Origin: Podarcis muralis
Taxonomy: Eukaryota
Direction of reading: 5' to 3'
Length of the DNA stretch: 64,000 nt
Assembly (NCBI RefSeq): GCF_964188315.1
Contig: NC_135658.1
Coordinates: 29,078,001 to 29,142,000 of the forward strand
A model generated the notes under the pieces. That model was not told where the DNA came from. It worked only from the letters and a program-made list of their open reading frames with translations, and ran no database searches. This document shows, piece after piece, positions 36,875 to 49,785 of the stretch (position 1 is the stretch's first letter; every line of letters starts with the position of its first letter). The position numbers and the translations under genes are program-made.

Positions 36875-37359
36875 TGATCTTTACTGAGGTGACATGTACT
36901 CTGATACTCTCTCTAGCTGTTGAGGGAGTTTTCTTGTGGAAGTTGAATCTAACCCTGCTCTCAACAAGGCATGTCAAAAAGGCAGAAGCCTCTCATTGAT
37001 TTCTGCTCTGGTTGTATACTGTTTTGTTCAGCTTGTTCAGTAAACTTTCACCTGGATTTTCTCTCTGGACTACATGTGTTTTATTCACATGTCTCCGCTA
37101 ACAATCCTGTTGGTATCCGTCTGTCTTGAGAGCTGGTGGAGTGTGCCTCAGGAGTGAAGTCAAATAGCTGGAGAATCACAGTGCCTGCTGCCTCCCAAGT
37201 TGTTGTTTTGCTGTGATAGTAGCACTGAACTGACCTCTCCAAGGAGGAAGCCTGGGAAGTGTGTATGAAGTTCTTGGGCTGCCAAGACAACAAGATCCAC
37301 CTTTCGGAAGTTGCTGGAAGGAGGTGTACAAGGCACCATCCAACCGTCTTAGGGACTCT

Positions 37360-37790
37360 ACTCTGGATTTGTGTAGGGTTTACTCCTTAGTGTTTTCTTC
37401 TCCCAGAGATGTCCTGCAAGGCATCGGGTACAGAATTTTCCTCAGGGTTTACTCCTGAGGTCTTTCTCATGAATGAGTATAGCCACAAGGCAGAAGAGGT
37501 TTAGGACCAGACTTATCCTTCTCTAGATGGGCTACCTTCCCAGGTTGATGAGTCCCATCTGCCCCTTTACAGCTTGTGCAGTAGCCGCCTTCATGATGGT
37601 TGGGTTCACTACTGGTCTTGTCCACTGAATCCGCCGGAGCCTATTATTGCATTCAGGGGAAGTCTCTAATTCGCTGAGGGTTTGGGACCCAACGGCTACT
37701 CTCACCTGGTTCAGCCAGCCAGTCAAAGCCATTCCCAGCGTGTGGCCACTGTCACATGCTGGCAGCTTCTAGGAGCCACAGGTGAGAGCT
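37360..37790 (-). mobile_element. RTE-type LINE 5'-region-like repeat (second copy ~42340-42720)
   Basis: Two diverged copies share ctctagatgggctaccttcccaggttgatgag and tgtagggtttactccttag. The family assignment is from memory. Confidence 0.5.
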
Positions 37791-38471
37791 GAGTGCAGGG
37801 TGTGAAGCAAAGGTGGGCAAACTAGCCCAAAAGGAACATGACATGTCATCTACCAGAGGTACTACCCCTCCTCTAACACCCCATAACTCTTACTAACAAT
37901 AGTAACAATTGTGATGATGATGAAGGGATGTTTCTCAAAATGAAAACTGCCAAACATGCATCCTATATTATCATCATCATCATTGTTAAATTGCTGAATC
38001 TTCACCCTGAGAGCTCAGGGAGGGTTACAGCACTTTAAAATACAACATTAAAAAGAATTTAGAACACCTTAAAATTACAAAACTAGAGTAGGCCATGTGT
38101 GTGTGTGTGCGCGCACACACACACACATCAGCATTTCTTGTGCAAGTGGGCAATGAAGGTCCAAACTACTATCTGTGAAGGCTAATCCTGTGGATTTGCT
38201 TATACAAAAACAGGAACTACTTCAGACTTTTCATGAACCAAAAGATAGGAGTTGGGGGTGGGGGAGTGGAGGGGAAAGATGATGAGTCATTTTTCAGTGT
38301 TTTCCACAACATGGACAATTCTTCCTGCAATGCAACAATGTATTGGTTCACTTTTTGTATCATTATTAATACAGGATCCATTATGAAATGTGATGAGCCA
38401 TAATTTTTCAAGCTGATTTACAGCATTACTTTTAGCTTGCTTCCCAATACCAGAGAGCAAACCTACCTACC

Positions 38472-38508
<37 letters not shown>

Positions 38509-39856
38509 CTTCACCATTCTCAAGGTCATATTAAAACAGAGTTTGCTCTAAATTCATATATTGATACACACCCACCCACCTACCCACCCCAAATTGTCCT
38601 CATGACAAACACAAGAAGTTGACATGCATTTGCCAGAAAACCCCTTTGGGATTCTACTTCAGCCTGGCTACCTTTTTACAGAAACCTATTTTAAAGTGAC
38701 ACAGAGAAACCGAGACCATTTCAGTGTAGACCAACTGCATTTGTTCAAGGGGCAAGAATGGAGGGCGGAGAGCGAAACGATTATTTACCACAGATGAGAT
38801 GACAGAGCTAACAAAGATGATTTTCGCAGGCAGTTTAGTTTCCATCCATTTGGTAGGCACACATCTTTCAAACAGCAAAAAGTTATCAGCTGCTAAGCTT
38901 TCCTATTAAGCTCTGTGAGAAAACAGGAAAACTTCATACCTGAGAAGTGACACCTTCAGGATCCTTCTTTAAAACACAACAATCTTGTCAGAAGTTCTGT
39001 TTCTTTCCAGCCAGATAGCCCCTGCCGCAGACACTCCTATTCTGCATGCTGGCTTGGCAGGGACAAGGAGCCAGCCCCTTCCTGCAGATTGCACCAACGA
39101 AGAGAAAACCAGGGAGGCACATGTCACTATCAGCACATGCCCTTTGTGACTCAATTAACCTTGACATTTGTCTTCTGAAAAACATGCAATGTGGGAAGCC
39201 CTACGCACTATATTGCCCAGTCAGGCAATGGGTCACAAAAAAAAAGTCAAGAGAGAACAATATAGGACTTTCAAAAAAGATGTCCTTTCAAACAACCTAG
39301 TATGTTTCCAGACTAGAGTTTATCACAGAATTGGTGCAACTCAAGCATGGAAGTATTTCATGGAAGTATTTTTATACTGTCCACATGATATCATTGCCAT
39401 CAAAATCCCATTCTGTATTTTTGTTACATTTAACCTGGATTTTCCTATACTGCAGAAAATCCCCTACTGTGCCATTTTTCTTCTTTTTTCTTCATTCCGT
39501 TCTTTAAACAGATTTCATGGGGGCAGAGCCACCGTGGCAGCGCTGCTTCAATGGCTGTGGCTCCTCCTCTTCCTGCAGCCCGGGGGCTCCTTCCCCTTCG
39601 TAGCAGGAAGAGGCAGCCACTGAAGCTATGTCTCACTCTGTTCTGTGCTTGTCTTCCTCCAGGCCCCCCCTTTGAACACTGGGGGCCCTAGCTCCCTCAC
39701 CAAAATGGGGGGGGGGGCGGGCAAAAGGACTCATCCCCTAGGAGATAGCCCTCTGCAGCTGTACATGTAATGTTATTAATGCAGAAGCTAATAGAAGTTC
39801 ACCCTTTAGGCAGCAATCATGCTCATGCTTACTTAGCAGTAAGCCTCATTGAACTA

Positions 39857-41113
39857 CGAGGGTCGTTTATTAAAGATTTCCCCTGACCCACTTCTGGTTA
39901 TCATAGGAGGATAAAATTGCACATGTATAATGATACCTCTCTCCATAGGTAAGGTCGTAATTTGTAGCTCTGAACTCCTAGCAGTTTCTCTGTTATGGGT
40001 GCTAACGTGGAGGACTCTGATAATGGAACCAGCAGAATGCAGAGCGGTTATCAGGTTCCTGTACCTGAAAGGGCACACACCATGGGAGACGTTCGATGAG
40101 ATGAAAGGGACTTATGGGGAGGAAGCCCCATAATATGACATAGTTAAGCACTGGCCTTGTTCGTTCAAGTGTGGTTGGACTTTGGTGGAATAGCTCCCAT
40201 TCCTGGGCGACCACAGTCTGCCATTGATGAAGACACCATCCGACAAGTGCAGGCTGCCATTCTGGAGGATCGCCACATAACCATTCGCCAACTAGCTGCA
40301 GATGTCAAGATCAGTGTGAGCTCTGTAGAAAAAAATCATCCATAACCATTTGCACACGGGAAAGGTGTCTGCTCCGTGGTTTCCCCGGCTGCTGACCTCT
40401 TTCCAGAAGCAGGAATGAGTCACATGCTCACCGGGCTCTTTTGGCCATGTGTCACGAAAACCATGATGACTTCTTCACCAGACTAATTACTCAGGACAAA
40501 ACATTGGTCCATCATTATGACTCAGAGACTAAATCCCAGTCCAAACAATGGAAGAACTCTACCTCACCACCTCCAAAGTAGGCACGTATCCAACTTTCAG
40601 TGGGCAAGGTCATGCTCATGGTCTTTTGGGACCAGCACGGAGTAGTGATGATGGATTTCCTGGCAAAGGGTACCACAAGTACCGGGACATACTATGCTTC
40701 ACTGCTGCAGAAATTGTGGAAGGCCATCAAAATTGAGAGGCGTGGTATTCTGACCAAAGGTGTCCACCTCCTGCAGGATAATATCCCGGTTCACAGTCCT
40801 GTGGCTATGAAATCCTTCCTGAGCCCCCCGTTATTCTCCCAACCTCACACCATCGGATTTTTACCTCTTTCAAACCGTGAAGTTATTTTTGAAGGGCACG
40901 ACGATAAAATGCTGATTTCTGAGGTCAAGTCGTGGCTTCTGACACAACCTGCCGACTTCTACAGAAGAGGTCTCCACAGCTGCATAAAGCGATGGGAGAA
41001 GTGTTTGGCTCTTGCTGGTAGCTATGTAAAGAAGGACTAATAACTCTGCCCAGTTTCGTTTGTCTCAGTCCATGGGAAGTACGTCAGGGGAAATCTTTAA
41101 TGAACGCCCCTTG
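39857..41113 (+). mobile_element. Full-length decayed mariner (irritans/Himar-Hsmar2-like)
   Basis: 31-bp TIRs CGAGGGTCGTTTATTAAAGATTTCCCCTGAC / GTCAGGGGAAATCTTTAATGAACGCCCCTTG with TA TSD on both sides. Length 1257 bp. Confidence 0.95.
40023..41040 (+). pseudogene. Mariner DD34D transposase pseudogene
   Basis: MEPAECRAVIRFLYLKG, GKVMLMVFWD, LLQDN, IKRWEKCLALAGSYV. Multiple stops and frameshifts, and a small deletion before the YSP(D)L motif. Confidence 0.92.
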
Positions 41114-41869
41114 TATATGGGGCTTCCTTCTGAGCAGACATGTCTAGGATTTTGTTGTTCGTGTTTCAGAAAAATAGCCTGCCTCTTCACACTGCTCTAG
41201 CTTTTACGTATTCTGACAGGCTCCTGGCACCAGTCAGACAAAAGTGATTAGCTGTCTCAACAGATTAAAATGTAAATTCTATCAAAGAAAACAACATACC
41301 AAAAATAAAATGCTTCTGTATAATCCGAGTGATTAAATGTTACTTGTTTCAAAACTAATGTTTCTGTCACTTTCAATTACAGCTTTTGGAGGCTTTATTC
41401 CACATCATTTAATCTCTGTGAACTACTTCCTTGCTTCATTTTCTTATATAAACCTGTATACTTAGCACAAAATAAAGGACTCACAGCTATATAAAAAAAC
41501 TTCCTCATTTCTCATTTAGAACAGATTTGTAATCAGATCTGTAAGTCAGCATCCCACAAGGCCTATAAGAAATGATAAAAGGAAGAAAGGAACAATATCA
41601 AATACAGCCATACTCAGCTGGCTTTGCAACAGCCAAGTGGGAGAAATTAACCATTAGCAATAGAGGGAAAATGCAAAGGCAGCTGGCTTTCTGTACACAG
41701 GAAACAGCCTTATATCTGCTTTCTAAATATAGATCAATAAAACGTTGGATGCTTCCTTATTTGTCCATCTAGCCCAGTATTCACAATTTCAAAATGCAGA
41801 ATGAGAACACAAAACACACGAGAACACAAACAATCCAATAAACCCCATCTCACAACACATTTAAAAGGC

Positions 41870-42310
41870 CATAGAATGTTCAATCATCCAAAGGCCAGGT
41901 TATAGAGAAAGATTTTTGCCAGGCACCTAAAGATATGTAATGAAGGCACCGGGTGAGCCTCCCTGGGGAGAGCATTCCATAAACAGGGAGCCACCACAAA
42001 AAGGCCCATTCCTGCGGGACACCTTTCATGACCTTCCCCAAATCTGATAAGGAAGACAGGGGGCTTTAAAAGCCCTCTGCCTTGTGCAAGACTTTGGACA
42101 GGTAGGGACGATCACATGGGGCTGTTCTAGAGACAACGGAGTGTGCTTCTGGGGATGAAGAAGCTGCCTTAGCAGCACTGAAGTGACCTCCCCAGGGCAT
42201 AGGCCTGGGCAATGTGTATAGAGGTTCTGGGCTGCCCAGACCACAAGACCCAGCTCTTGGCCTCACTGAGGAAAGTATAGCAATATATCTGGCACCAGCT
42301 TGGCTTCAGG
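41870..42310 (-). mobile_element. L2 LINE 3' fragment
   Basis: Matches the L2 ORF2 end and 3'UTR in antisense (gagcattccataaacagggagccaccaca). Confidence 0.75.
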
Positions 42311-43322
42311 GCTTGCCAGAAGGAGACGTACAAGACTCCATCCAGCCATCTTAGGGATTCCACTCCAGATTTGTGTAGGGTTTACTCCTTAGCCTTTTCT
42401 TCTCCTGAAGGTATCCCACAAGACAGCAGAGGTTTACAAGCAGAGTTTTCTTTTTCTTAGATGGGCTACCTTCCCAGGTTGATGAGCCTCACCTGCCCCT
42501 TACTTTCCTCTACAGCATGTGCAATAACTGCCTTATTGACTGTTGGATCCGCTCTTAGCTTCATCCGCTCAATCCACTGGAGCCTTTCTTCACATGCAGA
42601 GGAAATCCCTGACTCACCAAGAGTTTGACACCCATCAGCTACCCTCACCTGCTTTAGCTGGCCAGTCAAAGCCGTTCCCGGGGTGTTGCTGTTGTCGCAT
42701 GCCGACCTGCTGTATCTATACACTCATGGAAGTTATGACAAAAACCATTCTGACAAAAACCTTTATTGATCAGCTTTAGCTTCTACACTCAGAATGAGGC
42801 CCATTTTTTTTTAATTGATCCATATGTTTCAAAGATGTTGACCTTCACTTGGTTTAAAGATCACTTAATGGAACACCCACTAAGAAACTCCTCTATCATC
42901 CTCTCAGCGACTCTGAAACATTTTGTTTGAGTAGTGAGAGCCCTTTAATATTTGAACATTTTCCTAAATAATTCATATCAATGCTTTTCAATATTTATAC
43001 TAATGATCAGACCATTTCCAAACACACCTGAAAGTTCACCTACAGAGGTGGCTTTGCATTCCTACAGAGAGTTGCAGATTCAGCTCAGTGGACAGGTCGA
43101 TATAGGCATTCAGACAAGAGGGAAGCAGCCCATTTAGATGCAGGGTCTGTTGAATGGAGTGCATGTTTGCGTGTGTGTAGTTCAGACTTCCAAATTTCAC
43201 TACATGAAATTATATCCCTGAGTTTCCTAGGGGCGAAAGCTTTATAAAACACACAACAACTTGAAGAATGGCACATACTGTGCTCTGAGAGGGCTTTAGC
43301 TAGGCAATCAGAGCTTCATAGC

Positions 43323-43638
43323 CAGGGCCGTCTTACCCATAGGCACTAGGGGTGCGGGGCACCCGGGTGCCAGACTCTCAGGGACACCAGGCCAAGAGTC
43401 GGGGGCCCAAGAGTTGAGTCCGGGGAAGGGCCTGCCCGTCAGTCGGAGCACCACGGTGGGCTCTTCTGCTGCAGGTGGCTCTGTGCCGCAAGTTCAGGGG
43501 ACTGAGCCAGTGAGAAGCTGAGGCAGGTGGCTGGCTGGCTCCACCCTCCTGTGTGCCTGGGGCTGGGCAACCTGGGGGAGGGGGGGGCGCCGTGCGGATC
43601 TTTGCACCCTGGCGCTGCATATGCTTAAGACAGCCCTG
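43323..43638. mobile_element. Non-autonomous hAT (Tip100-like) with GC-rich interior
   Basis: TIRs CAGGGCCGTCTTA / TAAGACAGCCCTG. Near-TSD ttcatagc / tccatagg. Confidence 0.8.
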
Positions 43639-43759
43639 TCCATAGGTTGCTGGTAGCACATCTGTGCCCCCAGATTCAATCCTTGGCAGCTCCAGCATTT
43701 ATGGTTAATGTGCTGCAGCACAATTGCTGACAGGAGTGACGACTTGTCAGCTTAAAACA

Positions 43760-44275
43760 CCTGTGCTCAGAAATCTGCACTGGCTGCTGATCTGCTTCTG
43801 GGCCAAGTTCAAAGTGATACTAGCAGCCTATACAGCCCTTAACAACTTGGGACCAGTTTACCAATGAGATCACCTTGCCCCACATGCGCCCACCCAACCG
43901 CTTCAATTGGCAGCATTGGCACTACTAGAGACCCCACATAATACCCATTCTGTATTTGTAAGAACCTGATCATTGAGTGTGGCACTTGAGAAGTCCCTCC
44001 TTATTGAGATCAAGCAGGTGCCTTCGCTGTGCTCTTCAGTGCCAGCTAAAAACATTCCTCTTTAGAGAAGCCTACCCAGAGGCGTAGAAAGTTGAGGTAA
44101 TTTTAATCTTTTTTAGTATTTTAACTTTTGCATGTTTTAAAGTAGGGTCATGATTTTCTTTTTTCTCTTGATTTTAGTACTATTTTATCTTCTGTAAACT
44201 ACTTTGAGGCTTTTTCTTTTAATATAAATCCAATCAAGCTGCATATAAATTTCATGAAACAAACAAACAAATAAT
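43760..44275 (+). mobile_element. L2 LINE 3' fragment
   Basis: ggccaagttcaaagtg...gcctatacagccctta...gggaccag followed by an (AAAC/AAAT)n tail. Confidence 0.8.
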
Positions 44276-46390
44276 GTTCTGCATCCAAGGTCCAGTTTAA
44301 GAATCTGAGGAGGAACAAGGTGAAGGCAGATACTCAGACGAATGACTTGCTTCTAACACCATCTCTCACTGCATCTCTGGTTACCTGAAAGAAAGGTAGT
44401 TTTCACATTCAAATTATAATTAAGTCATGCATTAATCCCTGAGTAATATTTGTTTGGGTCTGGAAGTGCCGCGGTTCAGTGGTACAACATGTTTAGCATG
44501 CTGAATGTTGTTGTTTTGCATGCATCTCTAGATATGACAGGGAAAGAAAGACCCTTGTCTAAAGAGCCATTGCCATTGCATATATTTGAAGTACAACCCT
44601 GGGAACTGTAGTCCACCCCGCACAAACCCCAGCACCCTTAGCAAACTACAGTTCCTGGGATTCTTGCGGGGTGTGCTTTAAATGCATGATGTGTGCACAG
44701 CCATAAATGGCACAATGTTCAGACAACTCCCTGTGTTGAAGGCTCTGGGGATGGCCTGTGCAAGTAACTCTCTTCTGATCTATCATCAGGGGAAACCCAT
44801 AAACTCTTAGAAGAAAACATGGGATACAAATGTGATAGTTAGAACCAGACAAAGTCAGCTATACTTTAGTTATTATTGAAAGCAATGAGGGTTAAATAGT
44901 TCCTTAACGGCTATTTATTCAGAAGAAAGTCCCAGTCCATTTCAAAGACTCTTACTTCCAAGTAAATATGCTGAGTATTTCAACCTAAATTTCTACAAGT
45001 GCTTGCGCAACATGAACGTGAACAAATGCAGGATCGACCTGCATCTTAAACCTTGCAGAACTAATTCCTTGTTTCATAAAGAGTCTTAGAACTGATGCTG
45101 CGTGAAAAATGACTCCTCAAACAAAATGTAACAATTTAACAAATTCGTGATTAATATGCGTCAAGAAGGAAGCCGTAATTTATAAATGTACCCATAACCG
45201 GAAGACAAGGAAGGACAGAATGGTGGGGTTTTTTTTTTACTTTTTCTTGCAAGCATTGAAGCGTAGCAGCGAACTCCAAGGGGAACCATGCCACCTTGTG
45301 GGCAGTTGCTTTCTAGCAGATGCTGTACATGGGGAGAAAGGACCCTTTATTAACAAATACACGAGGTGCAAGGCAATTCTGCGCATGGTCCTCGGGAGCA
45401 AGCCCCACTGCGCTCAACAGGACGTGCTCAAAGGCATGTTTGCACAGCCTAAAATGCCAATGATTAAAAGCTATTGCTGAGTTCTTAAAGCCACCAAGAA
45501 ATTCTAGCCTTAATTTGAATCTTGCCTATTGTTACAAGTTTCTCGTTTCTCCAGGAGGTGTGTGACACTTATCCAGATTTGGCTTCCTTTTGAGGAAGAG
45601 ATCATTGAAGATTCATGGCATTTCTGTAATATTTATCATAAGCAGGGGGCCTTTTAACACTTGTGCAGATGCAAGTTGCCTGCTGCCCTTTATATCATAT
45701 CCCCAAAGAGGCAGGCCATATTCTTTCCCCCAAAAAGGGCTTTTCTCGTTCAGCCACTATATCAGTCTGTTGCTTTTGTCTCCCAAAACTGCAACTTCTC
45801 TTTACACACAAACACACACACTCTCCCTTTTTCCACCTAGAGGAGGATGAATCAAGATGAGTCAGCTTCTCCAGTCAATGACGTCTAGTAAAATTTTGAA
45901 TCATGGTTTTCAGATTCTTGTGTTTTATATAGCTTTGTACGCTATTTTATTACATATTTGACATGTGGTTTGTAAACTGTTTTGAGAAGCCTCCCCCACC
46001 CCCCAATGAAAAGTGGTGTACAAACTTACTAAAGAAATAATCACGCCAACTCCAAGGCTTTCTCAGTCATTTATCTGTCATTTCCCTGACAATAGATGTG
46101 GCTTGCTGTGTTCTGTGACAATTCAGCCCCCCAAAACTTTCAAAAATAGCATAGGCAGCCGCAGGGAGCCTTTTCTTTTTAATGTTATGATTCCTTATGG
46201 TATTTGGCAGGCCATTTCTCTCACACTTTGGTGAGATGGGAGTAATCAAATGATTGATTGATTGATTGATTATGTAATTTCTGTACTGATTAATGTATTT
46301 TTAAAAATATCTAAACCGAACTTGAACAAAATATTACAAAAATGCACAGCTACATATCAAAATGTTACACTGATGCAAAGTTACTAATAA

Positions 46391-46575
46391 AGTGGTACCT
46401 CTGGTTACGAACTTAATCTGTTCCGGAGGTCCGTTTGTAACCCGAAACCGCTTATAACATGAGGCGCGCTTTTGCTAAAGGTGTCTCCCACTGCTGCCAC
46501 ACTGCCAGCGTGTGACATCCGCTCGCATCCTGGGGCAAAGTTTGCAACAAGGGGCATCTACTTCTGGGTTAGTGG
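46391..46575 (+). mobile_element. Tigger-like MITE remnant
   Basis: aagtggtacctctggttacgaacttaat...gttccggaggtccgtt is related to the 27874 family. Confidence 0.7.
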
Positions 46576-46694
46576 AAGAAATTTTGTAGCCTGAGGCAAA
46601 GAACAAGATGGTGCCCATTCCTTCCACTCTACCGGTACAGAAGTTGAGGTGAATCTGATGATGAGAAAGTGTCCTCCAACACAGTGGTCTAGTG

Positions 46695-46830
46695 CAGTGT
46701 TCCCCAACCTTGGGCCTCCAGCTGTTTTTGGACTACAATTCCCATCATCCTTGACCACTGGTCTTGCTAGCGAGGGATGATGGGAGTTGTAGTCCAAAAA
46801 CAGCTGGAGGCCCAAGGTTGGGGAACACTG
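46695..46830. mobile_element. Palindromic hAT MITE (136 bp)
   Basis: TIRs CAGTGTTCCCCAACCTTGGGCCTCCAGCTG and its inverse. Perfect TSD GTCTAGTG at 46687-46694 and 46831-46838. Confidence 0.95.
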
Positions 46831-47318
46831 GTCTAGTGTAGTTGGTGTATGATAGGCCATGAATGTATTTTATGTATTTACAGACTCATATGTGATATTG
46901 TAACTAGTCACAACAGTTACGCACAGGGGAATAGCCACAAGTGCTGCCCACCAGCATCTACTGCCTGAGGCGATTGCCTAACTCACCCTAATGACAGGTG
47001 TGGCCCTGGGGGAAGTTGAAGGGGTTGAAGAGAATGACAACTGGATTTCACCCAGTCATAGGGGGAGGGCAGAACAAAGGGTTAAGAAATGAACTATATA
47101 CCGAAAGTGGTATCATACTACTTTAAACAGTCATGACTTCCCCCCCAAGAATCCTGGGAATTGCAGTTTGTTAAGGGCGCTAATGGTTGCTAGGAGACCC
47201 CTATTCCCCTCAAAATGCTCCAGTAGTTCAACAATCAATCCCTCTTCCCAAGGAACTCAGGGAATTGTAGCTCTGTGAAAAGAATAGGGTTATCCTTTAA
47301 AACTATCAGCATCCTTAA

Positions 47319-48367
47319 TGTTATTGTCAGGGCTGCCTCAGGTCCCAGCTCACAAGAGACCAACGCCAAGTCCAGTTTATATACAAGAATGTTTATTGAA
47401 ATGCATTGTTCGCTCCACAGCCGAGGCGCGCAGCCCCACGTCTGTTACGCTTAGACCGCTGAAGTCCCCTCTGAGTCAGTCCCTCCTCTGCACCAGTTTA
47501 AGAGGGCTGTGCTGCTCCACCTCTTCCTTTCCTTCCTTTTCCGCAGGGTCTTCCTGCCCCCTGGGGTTTCGCCCCTCCTGGATTCCCCTGACGCTGAATC
47601 CCCAGACAGCTCTTCCCCCCTCCTGCATGCTTTGGGACCTGGCTCCTCCTCCGGGCTCCCTGTGCTTCCGCGCGCCTCCACATTTGAACTTGGCGCGCGT
47701 TCGCATCCTCTAACCCTCCTCTTGACAGTTACACTACTCCCTGCACTACTCCCCTCCCTTTCCGGGAGGGTGTCTTGCTCCGATCTTCCCTCCTCCTCTG
47801 CGTTCGGACCTGCTTCCCCTGTCACACTGGAATCTCCACCCCCTTCACTGCGCTCTGGCGGTGAAGCCGGTCCCGACTCCCAGCTCCCACTTTGGGTTCC
47901 CCTGCTGGTCCCCTGCTCCTGACGAGTCCCCCCTGTGACTCCCCTTGGCCTGACCACAGGCGCCCCCTTCTGGGAATCTTCCGATTCACTTGAAAGACTC
48001 ATGGAATCCCTCAGGTCATCGTCATCCTCTTCCTCGCTGTCCTGGGATTCTTCCCCCTCGCTCTCGGTCTCCTCCCTCACCTGTGCCTCTGTCCCTGAAC
48101 CCCTGACAGTTATATACTGAAGTTCTCACCCTGGGCCAGCAGGGGGATACTGTAGATAGTTTTCACTCAGGTCTGCATATGCAAATAAGTGAAAGTGGCG
48201 TTCAGTGATTGGATAGTTACAGAAAGTTGTTACTGTTGCTTTGTAGTTGAGCTCTATATAAGCAGGCTGACTGAACCCTTCAGTTCTGTTCTGTTCTGGC
48301 CTGTGAATAAACAAGAGCTGTCTGAAGAATCGCTGTGTTGTCTGATATGTTCACCCACAACTTAACA
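47319..48367 (+). mobile_element. Short solo LTR (~264 bp, TGTTA...TAACA) interrupted by a larger LTR
   Basis: TSD CTTAA at 47314-47318 and 48368-48372. TATA (ctatataagc) and AATAAA present. Nearly the same sequence as 56777-57040. Confidence 0.88.
47325..48108 (-). mobile_element. 784-bp solo LTR (Gypsy/ERV type)
   Basis: TGTCAGGG...CCCTGACA termini. 5-bp TSD GTTAT at 47320-47324 and 48109-48113. Minus-strand TTAAA (~47495) and AATAAA (~47390). Confidence 0.9.
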
Positions 48368-49479
48368 CTTAACAAATCACAGTTCTCAGGATTCATGGCG
48401 TTCTGCAAGAACTGTACCTTTGAATTTTGGCGGGCTATTTTTTGTTGAGTCTGAAGCCACTGTGGATTTTAATTATCCTTCAAACTTTTTCAGTAAAGAA
48501 AATATTTATTTATAGGTTGCAGCATCAGCTAATAAGGCAAAGCAAATTGCAGACGCTTAGATGGGTTGTTTAGATTTACAATTTGGCATAGCCACTTGAT
48601 AGGCCCAGAAGAATGATGAAATAACTCTTTCAGGAGAGGAGCGAGCGATGTATTCAGAGACACAGATCAGGAAAACAAAATGTCATTTGGATGACACAGT
48701 CAAAGCAGAGCTCTCTGAAGTGATGTGGCAAGGACTGCGATGGAAATTTCCACAAGTACCTGACAAAAACAATTAACAGTAATTTTTTTTCACATGGTGA
48801 AGGGGAAGATGAAAATGGGGACTGAGAGGATTTGCTTATGAGGGTAGGCATACAGCCCTGATTAGAATTCTTGCTCTTGCAAACAGTGACTCATGTGGTA
48901 GTGATACAAAGGCATTAAAACCAAAAGAGAGCACAAGGGGATAAGGGTCTTATTGTGCTTTGAGGAAATGTTTCAGCAAGGGACACGGTTCTGTGCTGCT
49001 TAACAAATACTATTTGGGACAGGTTTTCTGTGGAGGCTGCTTGGCTTGCCGCAGGAGAAACTGTGTTTTTTTCTACAGCTGTTATTGGTAATCTCTTTCT
49101 GGGCACAAATCCATCTATGTGCTCTGAAGGCCCATGAGGCCACAGCTCCGTTGAAGCTAAGCAGACCTCAGTCTGGTCAGGGCCTGCTTGGGAACCACAT
49201 GTTGAGTTCCATGATGGGAAAAAGGCAAATACATTATTAAATAAATATCCAAATGTGGAGTCATCTCTCTCTTGCACCAGAGCTGACCAACCCTTGAGGT
49301 GGGGTGAGACAGCCACCTCAGGGGCACATGCCCTGGGGGTGACATCCTCATTCCACCACCTACCTTTGCCTTTGGTCTCCCTGGTCTCTGCAAGCAGAGA
49401 GTGACTGGCAGCAAAGCTCTGCAGAATGTCTCCCCTCCTGCCAAGTCGGTGAGAGCTTTGCTGCTGGGCAGCGGGTAGA

Positions 49480-49785
49480 GACCTTCCCTGTGTGTGGTGT
49501 AGTGGTTAAGAGCAGTGGACTTGTAATCTGGTGAACCGGGTTCACTTTCCTGCTCCTCCACATGCAGCTGCTGGGTGACCTTGGGCTAGTCACACTTCTC
49601 TGAAATCTCTCAGCCTCACTCACCTCACAGAGTGTTTGTTGTGGGGAGGAAGGGAAAGGAGAATGTTAGCCGCTTTGAGACTCCTTCAGGTAGTGATAAT
49701 GCGAGATATCAACTCCAAACTCCTCCTCTTCTTCTTCTCCTCCTCCTCCTCCTCCTCCTCCTCCTCCTCCTTCTTCTTCTTCCAC
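49480..49785 (+). mobile_element. tRNA/CORE SINE with L2-type tail and (CTC/CTT)n end (Squam3-like)
   Basis: ggtgtagtggttaagag...ctgggtgaccttgggctagtcac...gccgctttgagactcc, then the microsatellite tail. Confidence 0.8.

Noticed and set aside
38795-38797. Selenocysteine codon
   Set aside because: The context resembles no selenoprotein I know, and no SECIS element can be assigned.
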